Source: Nanobdellota archaeon (GTDB taxonomy: Archaea; Nanobdellota; Nanobdellia; Woesearchaeales; GW2011-AR4). From it: 64,000 nucleotides of DNA. The stretch covers positions 389-64,388 of the forward strand of contig JBBSVT010000074.1 of assembly GCA_038046685.1 (NCBI GenBank), written 5' to 3'. The position numbers were made by a program, and so were the translations under genes. The notes beneath the pieces are model-generated. The model was given only the letters and a program-made list of their open reading frames with translations. It had not been told where the DNA came from and did no database searches. Each line of letters opens with the position of its first letter. Position 1 is the first letter of the stretch. Below are positions 8,622-19,357 of the stretch, in pieces.

Positions 8622-10124
8622 ATGACTGTCTCAATCAGCTTGTTTGAAAATGAATTAAGCAAAGTTAAAGACACTGCTTTGTTATTGGGATTCTTCAAAG
8701 GAAACTTGAGTTTGAGTGGCGAATTGCAAGAATTAGATAGCAGCCTTGGCAATGTTATTAGCTCGTTCATGAAAGACAATCATTTTAAAGCGGAAAAAGG
8801 GGAATTAAAGAATATTTACATTAGCAAAAACATAAGGAATATTGTTCTGGTCGGTTTAGGAGAAGAAAATAAGTATAATCTGGATGTTCTATCAACAGTC
8901 ATGGCAGATGCCTCAAAACGGTTAAGGGACAACGACACCGAAAGCTTCAGTATTTTTTTAGATTCTTTTAATCCCAAGAAATTTAAAGACAATGAAATTA
9001 TTGAGAAAACAGCATTAAGCGTTGCGATTGGTTTGTATAGTTTTACGGAATATAAGACAAAAGACAGGGATAAAGCAAAAAGCATAAAAAAAATAACATT
9101 AATAAAAAATATAAAAAACTCCAGCAAGAATTTTGAGAAGGAATTAAATTATGCTTCTATAATTGCAGATGCTGTAAATAAAACCAGGCATTTGGTGAAT
9201 ACTCCCCCAAATGTTGCAACTCCGGAATATATTGCAAATTATGCAGAAGAGCTTGCAAAAAAATCAAGCCTAAAATGTACGGTTTTTGATGAAAAGCAGA
9301 TTGAAAAACTCAAAATGGGGTGCTTTATTGGTGTTTCGCAGGGCAGTGTAAATAAGCCACGCCTGGTCATTCTTGAATATCATGGCGCTGAAAAAAGTCA
9401 AAAGCCAATAGCAATTGTTGGAAAAGGTGTTACATTTGACAGTGGAGGGCTAAACCTTAAGCCCTATCCGTTTATATTGAATATGAAAGATGACAAAGCA
9501 GGAGCAATTGCATCCATGCATATTATTGAAGCCTGCTCTAAGTTGATGTTGCCAATTAATGTCGTTGTTATAACGCCTCTTTGCGAGAATATGCCAAGCG
9601 GCGCCTCTTTCAGGCCTGATGATGTACTAAAAGCCTACAACGGAATGACAGTTGAAATAAAGAACACGGATGCAGAAGGCAGATTGATACTGGCAGATGC
9701 ATTGAGCTATGCTGCTGAATTTGAGCCGCAAGCCATAATCGACATTGCTACTCTAACAGGAGCTAGTCTAGTTGCCCTAGGAACCGCAGGAACCCCTTTC
9801 TTGAGTACTAGCGAAAAGATTAGAGAAAGGATAAAAGAGGCTTCAATAAAAAGCCTCGAGAAGGTTTGGGAATTCCCGCTTTGGCCTGAATATGAAGAAA
9901 ATATCAGGAGCGAAGTCGCTGACTTAAAACACATAAGCGAAGATGGCGATGCCGGAGTTATAATGGGAGCAACTTTCCTAAAGAATTTTGTCAATGAAAT
10001 ACCATGGGCCCATATAGATATTGGCACAACAGCCTGGTCAAAGGTTGATAAGGGGATGCTCACTAAAGGAGCAACTGGCGTAACTGTAAGGCTGTTGATG
10101 GAAATGCTGAGGGAATGGGAATAG
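8622..10124 (+). CDS. pepA: leucyl aminopeptidase, M17 family
   Basis: NTPPNVATPEY, GKGVTFDSGGLNLKP, MKDDKAGA, NTDAEGRLILADAL. Confidence 0.85.
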   Translation: MTVSISLFENELSKVKDTALLLGFFKGNLSLSGELQELDSSLGNVISSFMKDNHFKAEKGELKNIYISKNIRNIVLVGLGEENKYNLDVLSTVMADASKRLRDNDTESFSIFLDSFNPKKFKDNEIIEKTALSVAIGLYSFTEYKTKDRDKAKSIKKITLIKNIKNSSKNFEKELNYASIIADAVNKTRHLVNTPPNVATPEYIANYAEELAKKSSLKCTVFDEKQIEKLKMGCFIGVSQGSVNKPRLVILEYHGAEKSQKPIAIVGKGVTFDSGGLNLKPYPFILNMKDDKAGAIASMHIIEACSKLMLPINVVVITPLCENMPSGASFRPDDVLKAYNGMTVEIKNTDAEGRLILADALSYAAEFEPQAIIDIATLTGASLVALGTAGTPFLSTSEKIRERIKEASIKSLEKVWEFPLWPEYEENIRSEVADLKHISEDGDAGVIMGATFLKNFVNEIPWAHIDIGTTAWSKVDKGMLTKGATGVTVRLLMEMLREWE

Positions 10125-10193
10125 AATAAGCTATTTCTGCCGTAAAATAAAAGTTAAATATAAATATAAGCTCATAGAAGGATATCAAAAAAG

Positions 10194-12785
10194 ATGAACA
10201 AATTAATGAAATACCTGTCTTTATTGGTAATTCTACTTTTAGTTCCTAGTAACATTGCTTTTGCGAAGTATTCTGGCTCACCTGAACCTAATTTACATGA
10301 GGGAAGATCAATAGAGGATTCCAATGAAGGCGAAGAATACCACAAAGAAGGCAATATCGTCATCTATCCAGTTCAAACTAATTCTAACGAAAAAGAAATG
10401 ATGAATCGCGTTATGAGGGGCGAGTTGAGCGAAGAAGAAATGCAACGTATTGCAATGGCAAAAATGGGCGATAAATTTTCAGAAGAGGACTTCAAACGAG
10501 GCATGATGGAATTAAAGGAAAGAATGGGCAGAAGAGAGACCTTTTCTTATGAGCATGGCGGATATGGGACAACATATTATGCAGGGCCTTCATACGAGGG
10601 CTATTCCAAAGAACACATGATATTTGGCATGATTTTCGAATATATAGGGGATGAAATTGATCCGAGGGAGATTAAGAAAAATTGCGTTGAGCCTGAAAAG
10701 ATTGCTGACGGGGTATTAATTAAGTTAAAGGAAAAAACTGGGGATTTGCAAAACATTTGCACAAAGTTTGAAGAGCAGGAATCAAAGTGTGCAGACCACT
10801 CCAAAAAGTCTTGTTCGAATATTGGGACTGCTTTTGTCAGAGAAGATGCAAATGAAATAGAGAAAATAAATGCAGTCGCATACTCATGTCCTGTAAAAGA
10901 GGATGCAATCATAGAAGCTTGCAAGAGGAGGAGCAAGTTCCATATGGAACAGCGGCTTCAAAATATGGATGAACAATGCAAAAAAAGATTTGATTTTGAA
11001 GGGGATAGGCTAACTAGGGAATGTGAGAAGTTTAAGGAATATCAAGTTTGCGATAAAGTGAAGTATGTAAAACAATGCATGGGTAATTTTGGAGTTAAAA
11101 GAGAGGATTTTGAAAAACCAATAACTTGTAGCAAAGAAGAGTGCGGACCAGCACCAGCTATGCCAAATTACCTCTGCCCAGATGGAAATACATGGGCTGG
11201 TCATGGAGGATGTGTACGCAAAAGAGATGGAAGCTGTAGTTGGGAAATTATAAGTTGTCCATCAACTATTGACTGCCCAGAGGTTAGAATGCCAACTTGC
11301 GGAGCAGGTGTTACTGCTCAAAAACATACTGGAAAAAGTGGTTGCGTATTCTATATTTGCGCTTCAGTTCCAGACTGTCCACAAATTGCAATTAAAATGT
11401 GCCCAGAAGGAGCCACTCTTGAAAAAAAGACTGATGAAAGAGGATGTCCTGATTATACAAGTTATCAATGCATAAAAAATGAAATCCAATGTCCAGAGGT
11501 ATCAAGAGTAACTTGTGCTGAAGGGCAGAGCTTGATAACAAGGTACGATGACAAAAGATGTGTTGTTGGGTACGAGTGCATTAGCGTAACTACTAAATCA
11601 ACAACACAATCAACTGAAACTACTGCTACTACTAGTGGCACTACAACAGAAACATCTGCTACAACTGGCCAAGGAGCAACAACATCAGCAAGTACAACAA
11701 TCACAGGACAAGTTGTTTTAAACACTTATGATGACTTCTTAAGGCATTGTGAAAATAATTGGAGAGAGCAAGAAAGAATATGTCAAAATACACCAAGTGT
11801 TTGTGACAAAAGCGCTTTTATTGAGAACTGCAAAGAGCACGAAAGAAAAGGATATTCAGATTTTATATCAAGGATAGAAAAAAATTGTGAAATCCAAACA
11901 ATATCTGAGGTAAAATCTGCTGAGCGAAGATGCAGCAGAACAGACGAAGACAGAAAACGCTGCTTGGAAGATAGCGCAAAACGATGCGAGCATATGAAAG
12001 GAATAGCACAACAATGCAGAGATTTAATGACAGAAGAAAAAATAAGAAATTTCATTATTGAAGAAACAAAGAAAAGATGCAAGTTTACTGAAATACTCCA
12101 GGACACTAATGATGTGAGAAATGCAGAAAAAGCAGAAATTGTACTTGCAGTCTTAAATACCGCAACCAAAGATGATTTTGAGAAATTAATCCTTTTTGTT
12201 GACAATCTTCACGAAGACTTAAAACTGCAAGACACAACAGTCTATAAAGGAACAATCGAGCCTAATAGATTCAGAGACATAAAATTACTGCCATTTGTTG
12301 TAAATGCAAAGATAAGTGCTGTTCGGAGTACTGAAAGAGCAAAGGAAGTCAAGGCAAGAATTGTGGCAGGGCAAAAAGCTGAAGAAGCCGCAAGCAAACT
12401 TGTTTCATTACGAGACTCTGATGTGCCAAGCGAGTACCTTTACATTATTGAGGACAAAGCAAGCGAAGTCCTCGATGTTTCAGATGATTTGGAGGAGATT
12501 GAGAAAAAAGATGAGCAGAAAGGTATGGGTTATAAGATAAAGTTGTTTTTAGGGCTTGCCAAGAGAGCTGAGCAGGAAGAAATCAAGCAATTAGAAGGAA
12601 GCAAGGAAAAGTTAAGAGGCTCCATTGAAGCATTGGCAAAGCTGATTGATGAAGTTCCAAACGACGTTGCAAGAGCAATCTTAAAAGAGCAAGTAGAGAG
12701 CTTAAAGAACCAACAAGGAGAAATTGAAGTTTTAATTGAAACTAAGGAGAAGAAATCAAAAGGATTCTTTGGAATGTTTGGATAG
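10194..12785 (+). CDS. secreted protein: signal peptide, repeated Cys modules, Thr-rich linker, C-terminal coiled coil
   Basis: N-terminal MNKLMKYLSLLVILLLVPSNIAFA; repeated DCP[EQ]V...C...GC modules; TTKSTTQSTETTATTSGTTTETSATTG linker; heptad-like C-terminus. Confidence 0.6.
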   Translation: MNKLMKYLSLLVILLLVPSNIAFAKYSGSPEPNLHEGRSIEDSNEGEEYHKEGNIVIYPVQTNSNEKEMMNRVMRGELSEEEMQRIAMAKMGDKFSEEDFKRGMMELKERMGRRETFSYEHGGYGTTYYAGPSYEGYSKEHMIFGMIFEYIGDEIDPREIKKNCVEPEKIADGVLIKLKEKTGDLQNICTKFEEQESKCADHSKKSCSNIGTAFVREDANEIEKINAVAYSCPVKEDAIIEACKRRSKFHMEQRLQNMDEQCKKRFDFEGDRLTRECEKFKEYQVCDKVKYVKQCMGNFGVKREDFEKPITCSKEECGPAPAMPNYLCPDGNTWAGHGGCVRKRDGSCSWEIISCPSTIDCPEVRMPTCGAGVTAQKHTGKSGCVFYICASVPDCPQIAIKMCPEGATLEKKTDERGCPDYTSYQCIKNEIQCPEVSRVTCAEGQSLITRYDDKRCVVGYECISVTTKSTTQSTETTATTSGTTTETSATTGQGATTSASTTITGQVVLNTYDDFLRHCENNWREQERICQNTPSVCDKSAFIENCKEHERKGYSDFISRIEKNCEIQTISEVKSAERRCSRTDEDRKRCLEDSAKRCEHMKGIAQQCRDLMTEEKIRNFIIEETKKRCKFTEILQDTNDVRNAEKAEIVLAVLNTATKDDFEKLILFVDNLHEDLKLQDTTVYKGTIEPNRFRDIKLLPFVVNAKISAVRSTERAKEVKARIVAGQKAEEAASKLVSLRDSDVPSEYLYIIEDKASEVLDVSDDLEEIEKKDEQKGMGYKIKLFLGLAKRAEQEEIKQLEGSKEKLRGSIEALAKLIDEVPNDVARAILKEQVESLKNQQGEIEVLIETKEKKSKGFFGMFG

Positions 12786-12893
12786 TTCTTAGATTAGAAA
12801 AAAAGAAATAAGTCCAAGGGCACAAGAATTAGAATTAATTGGGCGAACTTTTTCGAAAAATTATAGATAATTACTTAAAGTGTGTATCTAAAA

Positions 12894-13919
12894 ATGATTA
12901 ATTATGTGGAAGAAATGCTAATAAGAAAGACTTTGAGGAATAAGTACGCCCTAGAAGTTATAGGTTTGGTAATTGGTCTAATAATTGGCGGGATTCAAGG
13001 ATTTAAAATAACTCCAGATTTTATTGAATTTTTTGCAGAAACATTGATAGGAGGAATTGTCGGGTTAGTATTATTTTCTGTTATACATTTATTCATATAT
13101 GCGCATCGTAGCTCTTCAACAACTCTACAAATTGAAAAAGAACCCAGATGGCCAAAAATTTTGGTTTGGGTTTTCGGTGGCCTATTTGGTTTAGCTTTAG
13201 GAAGTGTTCACTTTCTTGGAGGAGATTATCGTGATTATGCTGCTAGACCGTATTTTGATATCCTCAATTTTTTTACTGACGGTATTTTAGTTCCTCTATC
13301 TGGAGCAAGTGGTGAAGAGGTACTAGGTGTTTTGTTAATTGCTCCGTTCGTTGGGCTTCTTGTCGGTTTAATTATTAGTGCCTTGTTACTGCTAACGAAA
13401 ATCAATAGAAAGGTTTTAGCTACAGTCCTTGCAATATTATTTTTATTGATAGTAAGTGGTGGGTGGATATTGGGTGTTTTAGCAAAAAACGCTTCAGAAT
13501 CTGAAACACAGTTAATAGAGACAAAAATCGCAAGCAAAGGACAGAATATTATGCAACTTGCACTTGACGGAAGGCTACTTCCAAACTCTTGTGATGATGA
13601 TATTCACGCATGGCTAGATGCTAATGACAGAAGGTTTTGCCGTCTTATTGCTGGAATAAAGCAGGGAGGGGGTATTGATTGTACCCACGCTGAAGTTATG
13701 AGTGAAGAGACTTGTAAACGACTCTTTTCTTTACAAAAAGAAGATAAACTACTCCAATGGACAACTTGTAACGATAACGATTGCCGCATTCTTTTAGGAA
13801 TATGGTTTCAAGACAAGACTTACTGTAATCAAATCGAAAAAAGACTTGATGAAGAAGTGAATGTACAAAGGAGTGCACAAAGAGATAAAGATACTTGCCT
13901 ACGCTATATTTTTAGATAA
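12894..13919 (+). CDS. polytopic membrane protein with Cys-rich C-terminal domain
   Basis: Multiple hydrophobic helices; C-terminal CDDDIHAWLDANDRRFC...CTHAEVMSEETCKRL; TTATAGATAA box about 30 nt upstream of ATG 12894. Confidence 0.5.
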   Translation: MINYVEEMLIRKTLRNKYALEVIGLVIGLIIGGIQGFKITPDFIEFFAETLIGGIVGLVLFSVIHLFIYAHRSSSTTLQIEKEPRWPKILVWVFGGLFGLALGSVHFLGGDYRDYAARPYFDILNFFTDGILVPLSGASGEEVLGVLLIAPFVGLLVGLIISALLLLTKINRKVLATVLAILFLLIVSGGWILGVLAKNASESETQLIETKIASKGQNIMQLALDGRLLPNSCDDDIHAWLDANDRRFCRLIAGIKQGGGIDCTHAEVMSEETCKRLFSLQKEDKLLQWTTCNDNDCRILLGIWFQDKTYCNQIEKRLDEEVNVQRSAQRDKDTCLRYIFR

Positions 13920-14065
13920 ATCAAATTGACTGTCAAAATAGAAGTTTGTTATCTTAGGAGCGTTTTTTAGGATAGGGTGGTTAGTCGGGGGACTGGAAAG
14001 TGAGCTGGATTTTTGATTTTGTTTTTATTGCGTTTTTCGTTATTGAATTATATAAAAATTTAATT

Positions 14066-15418
14066 TTACCTGAATCTTCTGCGATAAGTTCCTCTTCGTT
14101 CACCAAAATGCTGGCTAGGTCTTCTTTCACCAGAATCGTGATAGCTTTTTTCTTCTCTTGAATGATAAGGCTTTTTCTGCTCCCCATACCTATGCGTTGG
14201 ACGGCCTTCATATCCTCGTCTTGGACCGCTTCTTGAATGAAAATCATTTCTCTGGCCTAAACCATGTCCTCTTTGCGATGCAAAAAACGGAACCCTCTGG
14301 AATTGTGGCAATTGAATCTGCTGCACAACTATTGACCTGTCATCGAGAACATTTCTAAAATTGTCATAGTCCGGCTCTGAAATCAAAGATATTACCTTGC
14401 CCTCGCTTCCTGCTCTTGCAGTCCTGCCAATCCTGTGTATGTACTCCTTTGAAGTCTTGGGGCAGTCATAATTAATTATATGGCTTACGTTCTTTATATC
14501 AAGGCCTCTGGCAGCAACATCACTTGCGACAAGTATCCTTGCTTCATTCCTGTGAAACATCTCTATTGATTTTTTTCTCCTGTTTTGTGAGAGGCCGCCG
14601 TGCAAACTTAATGATCTTACCCCGTTCATGGACAGATTTCTTCCTACAATATCCACCCTGTTCCTTGTTGCGCAGAAAATAATTGCCAGCTTAGGGGCTT
14701 CGTGCTTCAAGATGTGTATCAGGAGCGAAAATTTGTCTCTTGAGGTAATCTGATAGTAATACTGCTCCATCTTTCCCTTGTCAACATAAGACTGCAACTT
14801 GACTTTTGCTGGATTTTTCATGTAGTGTTCGACAATAGTGTGAACTTGATGCGAGATTGTTGCGCTGAAGAGCAGCGTCTGTCTTTCCCTTGGAACTTGT
14901 GATATTATCTTTTTGACATCCTCAATGAATCCCATCTCAAACATCTTATCAGCTTCGTCCAAAACTAGAATCTTGACTCTACTCAGGTCAATTGTAGCTC
15001 TCTGCAGATGGTCAAGGATTCTTCCAGGAGTGCCAACAACAATGTCCGCGTATCTAAGATGCTCAATCTGCGGGTTTATAGAAACTCCGCCATAAACAGA
15101 TATTGAATTTATTCTCTTGTATTTTGAGAATTTTCTTAGTTCAATAGCTACTTGCTCGCAAAGCTCTCTAGTCGGGACAAGAATTAGAGACTGAATGCCA
15201 TGATTATGCAAAATCTTTTCGAGTATTGGAAATCCAAATGCAGCTGTCTTGCCTGAGCCTGTCTGCGACTGGCCTATCACATCTCTTCCTTCTTGGATTA
15301 AAGGAATGCACTTTTTCTGTATATCGGTCATTTCCTCAAACCCAAGCTCCAAAAAAGCTTTCTTCAGCTCCGGCTGCAGATGAATTCCTGAAATCATTGT
15401 GTATTTACCTTCTTCCAT
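14066..15418 (-). CDS. DEAD-box ATP-dependent RNA helicase with basic Arg/Gly-rich C-terminal tail
   Basis: Q-motif, GQSQTGSGKTAAF, PTRELCEQV, TPGRILD, LDEADKMFEMGF, SAT, HRIGRTARAG; TATA ATATTTAAAA at -28..-19 of the ATG. Confidence 0.9.
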   Translation of the reverse strand: MEEGKYTMISGIHLQPELKKAFLELGFEEMTDIQKKCIPLIQEGRDVIGQSQTGSGKTAAFGFPILEKILHNHGIQSLILVPTRELCEQVAIELRKFSKYKRINSISVYGGVSINPQIEHLRYADIVVGTPGRILDHLQRATIDLSRVKILVLDEADKMFEMGFIEDVKKIISQVPRERQTLLFSATISHQVHTIVEHYMKNPAKVKLQSYVDKGKMEQYYYQITSRDKFSLLIHILKHEAPKLAIIFCATRNRVDIVGRNLSMNGVRSLSLHGGLSQNRRKKSIEMFHRNEARILVASDVAARGLDIKNVSHIINYDCPKTSKEYIHRIGRTARAGSEGKVISLISEPDYDNFRNVLDDRSIVVQQIQLPQFQRVPFFASQRGHGLGQRNDFHSRSGPRRGYEGRPTHRYGEQKKPYHSREEKSYHDSGERRPSQHFGERRGTYRRRFR

Positions 15419-15604
15419 TGGATAGAACTAGCTTGTTTTAAATATGTTTGTGTTTTTAGCTGCGGTTTGGGTTTGGATTTGTCATTAATAATGGGATAGA
15501 AACTAAGTGTGGCATTTGTTATATTCAACAGTTCTGAAGCTTAAACCAAAAGTATTAAAAAGATCAAATTAAAATGAAATAATATGATTGCATGATTAAA
15601 CCTC

Positions 15605-16009
15605 GTGGTTTTTCTGGGCAAATTGCAAGAGCACTGGAAGTCAATAAGTATTTGGAGAAAAGCATTTTATATTTCATTAGTCGGAACTGTTCTATGGTTT
15701 TTATATGGGGCAATAAAATCAACCATCGTAATTTTAAGAAATAAAACTGGAATTTATCAATGTGCTATTTTAGTTGATGTACCATGCGAACTTTCAAAAT
15801 TTATTCTCAAAAGTGATTATTCCATATTGTTTTATATTTCCGTTGTTCTTGTATTTATTCTATTGATGATTAGAACCAATACAATATCTGTTTTGTTTAA
15901 TTTATACAGAAAGGAGAATAAGAAATCATTTTGGATTACTTTTGTTATAGTAATTGTTATTTTAATCAGTTTGCCGTTCCTTATTCAACATTTGCAAGAT
16001 ATTTGGTAG
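15605..16009 (+). CDS. small membrane protein (start codon unclear)
   Basis: Hydrophobic ORF; GTG start in track and no early in-frame ATG. Confidence 0.3.
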   Translation: MVFLGKLQEHWKSISIWRKAFYISLVGTVLWFLYGAIKSTIVILRNKTGIYQCAILVDVPCELSKFILKSDYSILFYISVVLVFILLMIRTNTISVLFNLYRKENKKSFWITFVIVIVILISLPFLIQHLQDIW

Positions 16010-16058
16010 ATTACGTAACCCTTAGAAAACTACTCTTTGCCATTCAATAAAAAATAAA

Positions 16059-17534
16059 TCACCCCAAAAACCCTCTAACAAAACCAGCTCTTGTTATGTT
16101 CTCTGTCAGTTGTCTGTAATCCTTTCTTTTGAAATCCTGCATGATTATTGACGTTATTTTCTTGTGCTTTTGGTCAGTTTCGTAATCAATTAATTTGCTT
16201 GACGCTTTCACTTTATCAATAATCTCTTTAGGAAAAATTTGTAAGTTAGCTTCATTCAAATGTTTCAATGAATCCTCTAAATCGTTATCAAAATTCCTGT
16301 AAATATCCCTGATAAAATCAATCTCTTTGCCGGTTAAAGCGTTTAATCCAAGAATTTCAGGCGGCAAGCCATAAGAATATAATGCAGCACAAAATGTTAT
16401 TGCCCTTGGCAGCTTAATAGTACTGACATTTCTCGAATAGCCAAACAAGCCGATATGCAGCTTTCTTTTTCTCCTGGAAGGAATATACTGCGCCATGTCG
16501 TTGATGTGCTTTGCCAGCAATCTAACCTGTTTTTGATATTCTATTATCAATTTTTCAATAATTGGAATGCATCTTTTCTCATCAACAAAAATGGGTTTTG
16601 AGGGTTTTGTATTATTAAGGAAATCAACCGCTTTGTTCACTTCTTGGATATTATAGTCATATTTAAAAGCAGATTGCAGCGTGTATGTGAAAACACTTGG
16701 ATAGCCTTGAATGCAATTCTTAATATTTGTCGGCTTGAAATTGCCTCTGAAAGGCGCAGAGCCGCATCCAAGTATTGGCAGAATATCCACAGATATCTTT
16801 TCCTCCAGCTCTTTTAATTTCTGAAACGAAATCTTAAGCATAAGAATTGTTGCCAAATTGCCATAATTCAAAGCAGGATCGCTTCTTGCCAGCCAAACCC
16901 GCTGATAGTCTTTGATTTTTTCTTGAGTCAAGAACCCTTCGACAATTTTGTCAGCATTTAAAATTGGATTTTTTTCTTCAATCAATGGAATTACTCTTAA
17001 AAAATCCGGCTGGAAATTTCCAATCCATTCTGCGATTGTAATGTCACCGCTCAGCTTGTGGTGCTGTTTTCCGATTACATGCTTCTTGTAGTATTCAGCT
17101 ATTCTGACAAGCTCGTTGGAGTTAGTTGTCATTGGCAAAGCAATCTCAAAAATTGGAGCTACATCTTCGCCATAAAATAATCTTGCAGCATCAAAATTTC
17201 TTGGAATGCTTTCCAAAGTCTCGAGCAAAATCTTTGCCTCACTTTTCTCAACATTTGGATTTGGAACCCTTAGAGTTAGAAAAACGTCTTTTCCAAGAAC
17301 GTGCTTGCTGAAATATGGCTCATATTTGCTAAGCAGCTTTTTAACAACAAAATTATCAACTTCCTTGCCTTCACAATCCCATAGCTGCTCTTTGCAGTGT
17401 ATGTGGGAAAAAGAGTAGAAAACCTCCTTTATCTCGTCTTCGCCGCCAAGCTCTGAAGCGTCCGAAAAAAATGGATTGTGAACATTATCAGGATGCTGAG
17501 TGGACATTGTACGAGAAACATTGTAAGCTGGCAT
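16059..17534 (-). CDS. archaeal-type phosphoenolpyruvate carboxylase (PepcA)
   Basis: N-terminal ...RTMSTQHPDN... signature and a length of ~490 aa typical of the PepcA family. Confidence 0.8.
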   Translation of the reverse strand: MPAYNVSRTMSTQHPDNVHNPFFSDASELGGEDEIKEVFYSFSHIHCKEQLWDCEGKEVDNFVVKKLLSKYEPYFSKHVLGKDVFLTLRVPNPNVEKSEAKILLETLESIPRNFDAARLFYGEDVAPIFEIALPMTTNSNELVRIAEYYKKHVIGKQHHKLSGDITIAEWIGNFQPDFLRVIPLIEEKNPILNADKIVEGFLTQEKIKDYQRVWLARSDPALNYGNLATILMLKISFQKLKELEEKISVDILPILGCGSAPFRGNFKPTNIKNCIQGYPSVFTYTLQSAFKYDYNIQEVNKAVDFLNNTKPSKPIFVDEKRCIPIIEKLIIEYQKQVRLLAKHINDMAQYIPSRRKRKLHIGLFGYSRNVSTIKLPRAITFCAALYSYGLPPEILGLNALTGKEIDFIRDIYRNFDNDLEDSLKHLNEANLQIFPKEIIDKVKASSKLIDYETDQKHKKITSIIMQDFKRKDYRQLTENITRAGFVRGFLG

Positions 17535-17812
17535 GAATTCTAGAATTCAGCAACTATTTAAATAGATTGCGAGGTTGTGAAGTGAATTACATTTACAAAA
17601 TCAACAAAAAGTTTATATGCATAAAACCGAATTGAACGAGTATATCATTCAATATTTACATAAATACCGAGGGATGGCAATTTAGCTTAATCTTTGTTAG
17701 GTTCAATAATTTTTAGTGGCTAAACGGTGAATATGGGAACATTTCGACGGATAACGAAATGAATAAGGGGGTAGTTCTTAACGATGTAAACTAAATGAGA
17801 TGAGAAAACCTA

Positions 17813-18310
17813 TTACTTTGACGCTTTTTCTTCAATTGCTAGTTTTAGCATACCTCTACCATCATAATTCCAATATGTAATATCTTGCTCAATAAAAAGC
17901 CACTTTAAGATTTTAAGTAATAGTTCAACTTCAAGACCTTTTTTAAAAACCATCCTTCTTTTTTGTAAAATTTCGTCAGGTTCTTGGCAATTCCAAACTT
18001 CTTCAATTGCTTTCAATAAAATTGGAAAATCATTTGGATTATCTATTTTCTTTATCTCTAAATCCTTAAAAACAGTCTGGTGACTCGGCCTTTTATCAAT
18101 AACCTCTTCCATCTTTTCTACCCATACTTGAAAATCAATTCCTTTGTTAAGAAAGGTGGGTCTCAAAAGATAAATTTTTCTACCATCTTTTAGAGTTTCA
18201 ACATAGTATCTATACCTTGTTACATGTTTTTTACCTTCTTTCCAATAACCTCCTTTTTCAGATAGAAATTTATTTACAGTTTGCTTTCGTAATTCATCTC
18301 TAAACAACAT
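17813..18310 (-). CDS. hypothetical protein
   Basis: 165-aa ORF, no motif. Confidence 0.4.
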   Translation of the reverse strand: MLFRDELRKQTVNKFLSEKGGYWKEGKKHVTRYRYYVETLKDGRKIYLLRPTFLNKGIDFQVWVEKMEEVIDKRPSHQTVFKDLEIKKIDNPNDFPILLKAIEEVWNCQEPDEILQKRRMVFKKGLEVELLLKILKWLFIEQDITYWNYDGRGMLKLAIEEKASK

Positions 18311-18503
18311 TATTTATAAAAATAAATTTGATAAATTTTCTTAACATTTTTTTGTTATGACTATTTAATGGGATTATTGTATTTATCTCTATATTGCAAT
18401 CAGTTTTATTGAAAGCGTCTTCAATACTTTTTGCATTGATTAGTTCAATATTTTTTATAACATTTTCACCATTATAAAAACAGTAGATTACACCATACTT
18501 CAT
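18300..18503 (-). CDS. hypothetical small protein
   Basis: 67-aa ORF overlapping the previous stop; very AT-rich. Confidence 0.25.
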   Translation of the reverse strand: MKYGVIYCFYNGENVIKNIELINAKSIEDAFNKTDCNIEINTIIPLNSHNKKMLRKFIKFIFINNVV

Positions 18504-18586
18504 TTTAGTTAAAATTAAATAAAAACAATGTTTATATAGTTTATGTAGATTTATGTATAGAAATCAATAGAAATAAAGAATTAAAG

Positions 18587-19357
18587 ATGAACCTATCTAT
18601 ATACCAAAAAGAAGTTTTTGAAAAATACCATAGCAATTCACAAATAGCTAGAGTTCTTACAGAAAGTTGGTTCAAAGAAGAGATGTACTGTCCAGCTTGT
18701 TTACACGAAGAATTGATAAAAAATCCTAATAATACGAAAGTTATAGATTTTTTATGTAGTAATTGTGACAATTCTTTTCAATTAAAGAGCCAATCCTCAT
18801 CATTTCACTCTAGAGTTTTGGATGGAGCATTCAATCCAATGATTGAAACAATAATAGAAAGGACAAATCCGAACTTCTTTTTTATGCACTATTCAAATGA
18901 AGATTGGGAAATAAATAATTTATTACTCATTCCAAAATTCTTTTTTTCAGAATCCATTATAGAAAAACGAAAACCCCTTTCTGAATCAGCAAGGCGTTCT
19001 GGATGGATTGGATGCAATATATTGCTATCAAAACTGCCTATTTCTGGAAAAATTGGTATAATAGAAGATAAAAAGATAATGCCAAAAAATCAAGTTCAAA
19101 GAAATTGGGAAAAATTATATTTCTTAAATAATCAAAAACCAGAAAAAAGGGCATGGACTGCTGATGTATTGTACTGCATTGAAAAGTTAAATAAGAAAGG
19201 ATTTACTCTAAATGATATTTACAATTGTGAAGGTTATCTATCCAAGCTTCATCCAAATAATCAACACATACAAGCAAAAATTCGACAACAATTACAAATT
19301 TTGAGAGATAAAGGAATTCTTGAGTTCAAAAATAAAGGGAATTACACAATAAAATAA
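18587..19357 (+). CDS. DpnI-like (Dam-replacing/DRP family) methyl-directed type IIM restriction endonuclease
   Basis: Blocks recalled from S. pneumoniae DpnI: YCPxC...DFxCxxC, NPNFFF, ARRSGWIGCNI, KIRQQLQILRDKGILEF at the C-terminal winged helix. Confidence 0.75.
   Translation: MNLSIYQKEVFEKYHSNSQIARVLTESWFKEEMYCPACLHEELIKNPNNTKVIDFLCSNCDNSFQLKSQSSSFHSRVLDGAFNPMIETIIERTNPNFFFMHYSNEDWEINNLLLIPKFFFSESIIEKRKPLSESARRSGWIGCNILLSKLPISGKIGIIEDKKIMPKNQVQRNWEKLYFLNNQKPEKRAWTADVLYCIEKLNKKGFTLNDIYNCEGYLSKLHPNNQHIQAKIRQQLQILRDKGILEFKNKGNYTIK

Noticed and set aside
14066-15418. Arg/Gly-rich C-terminal tail of the DEAD-box helicase as a separate feature
   Set aside because: Basic low-complexity tails are common in DEAD-box proteins and not independently notable.
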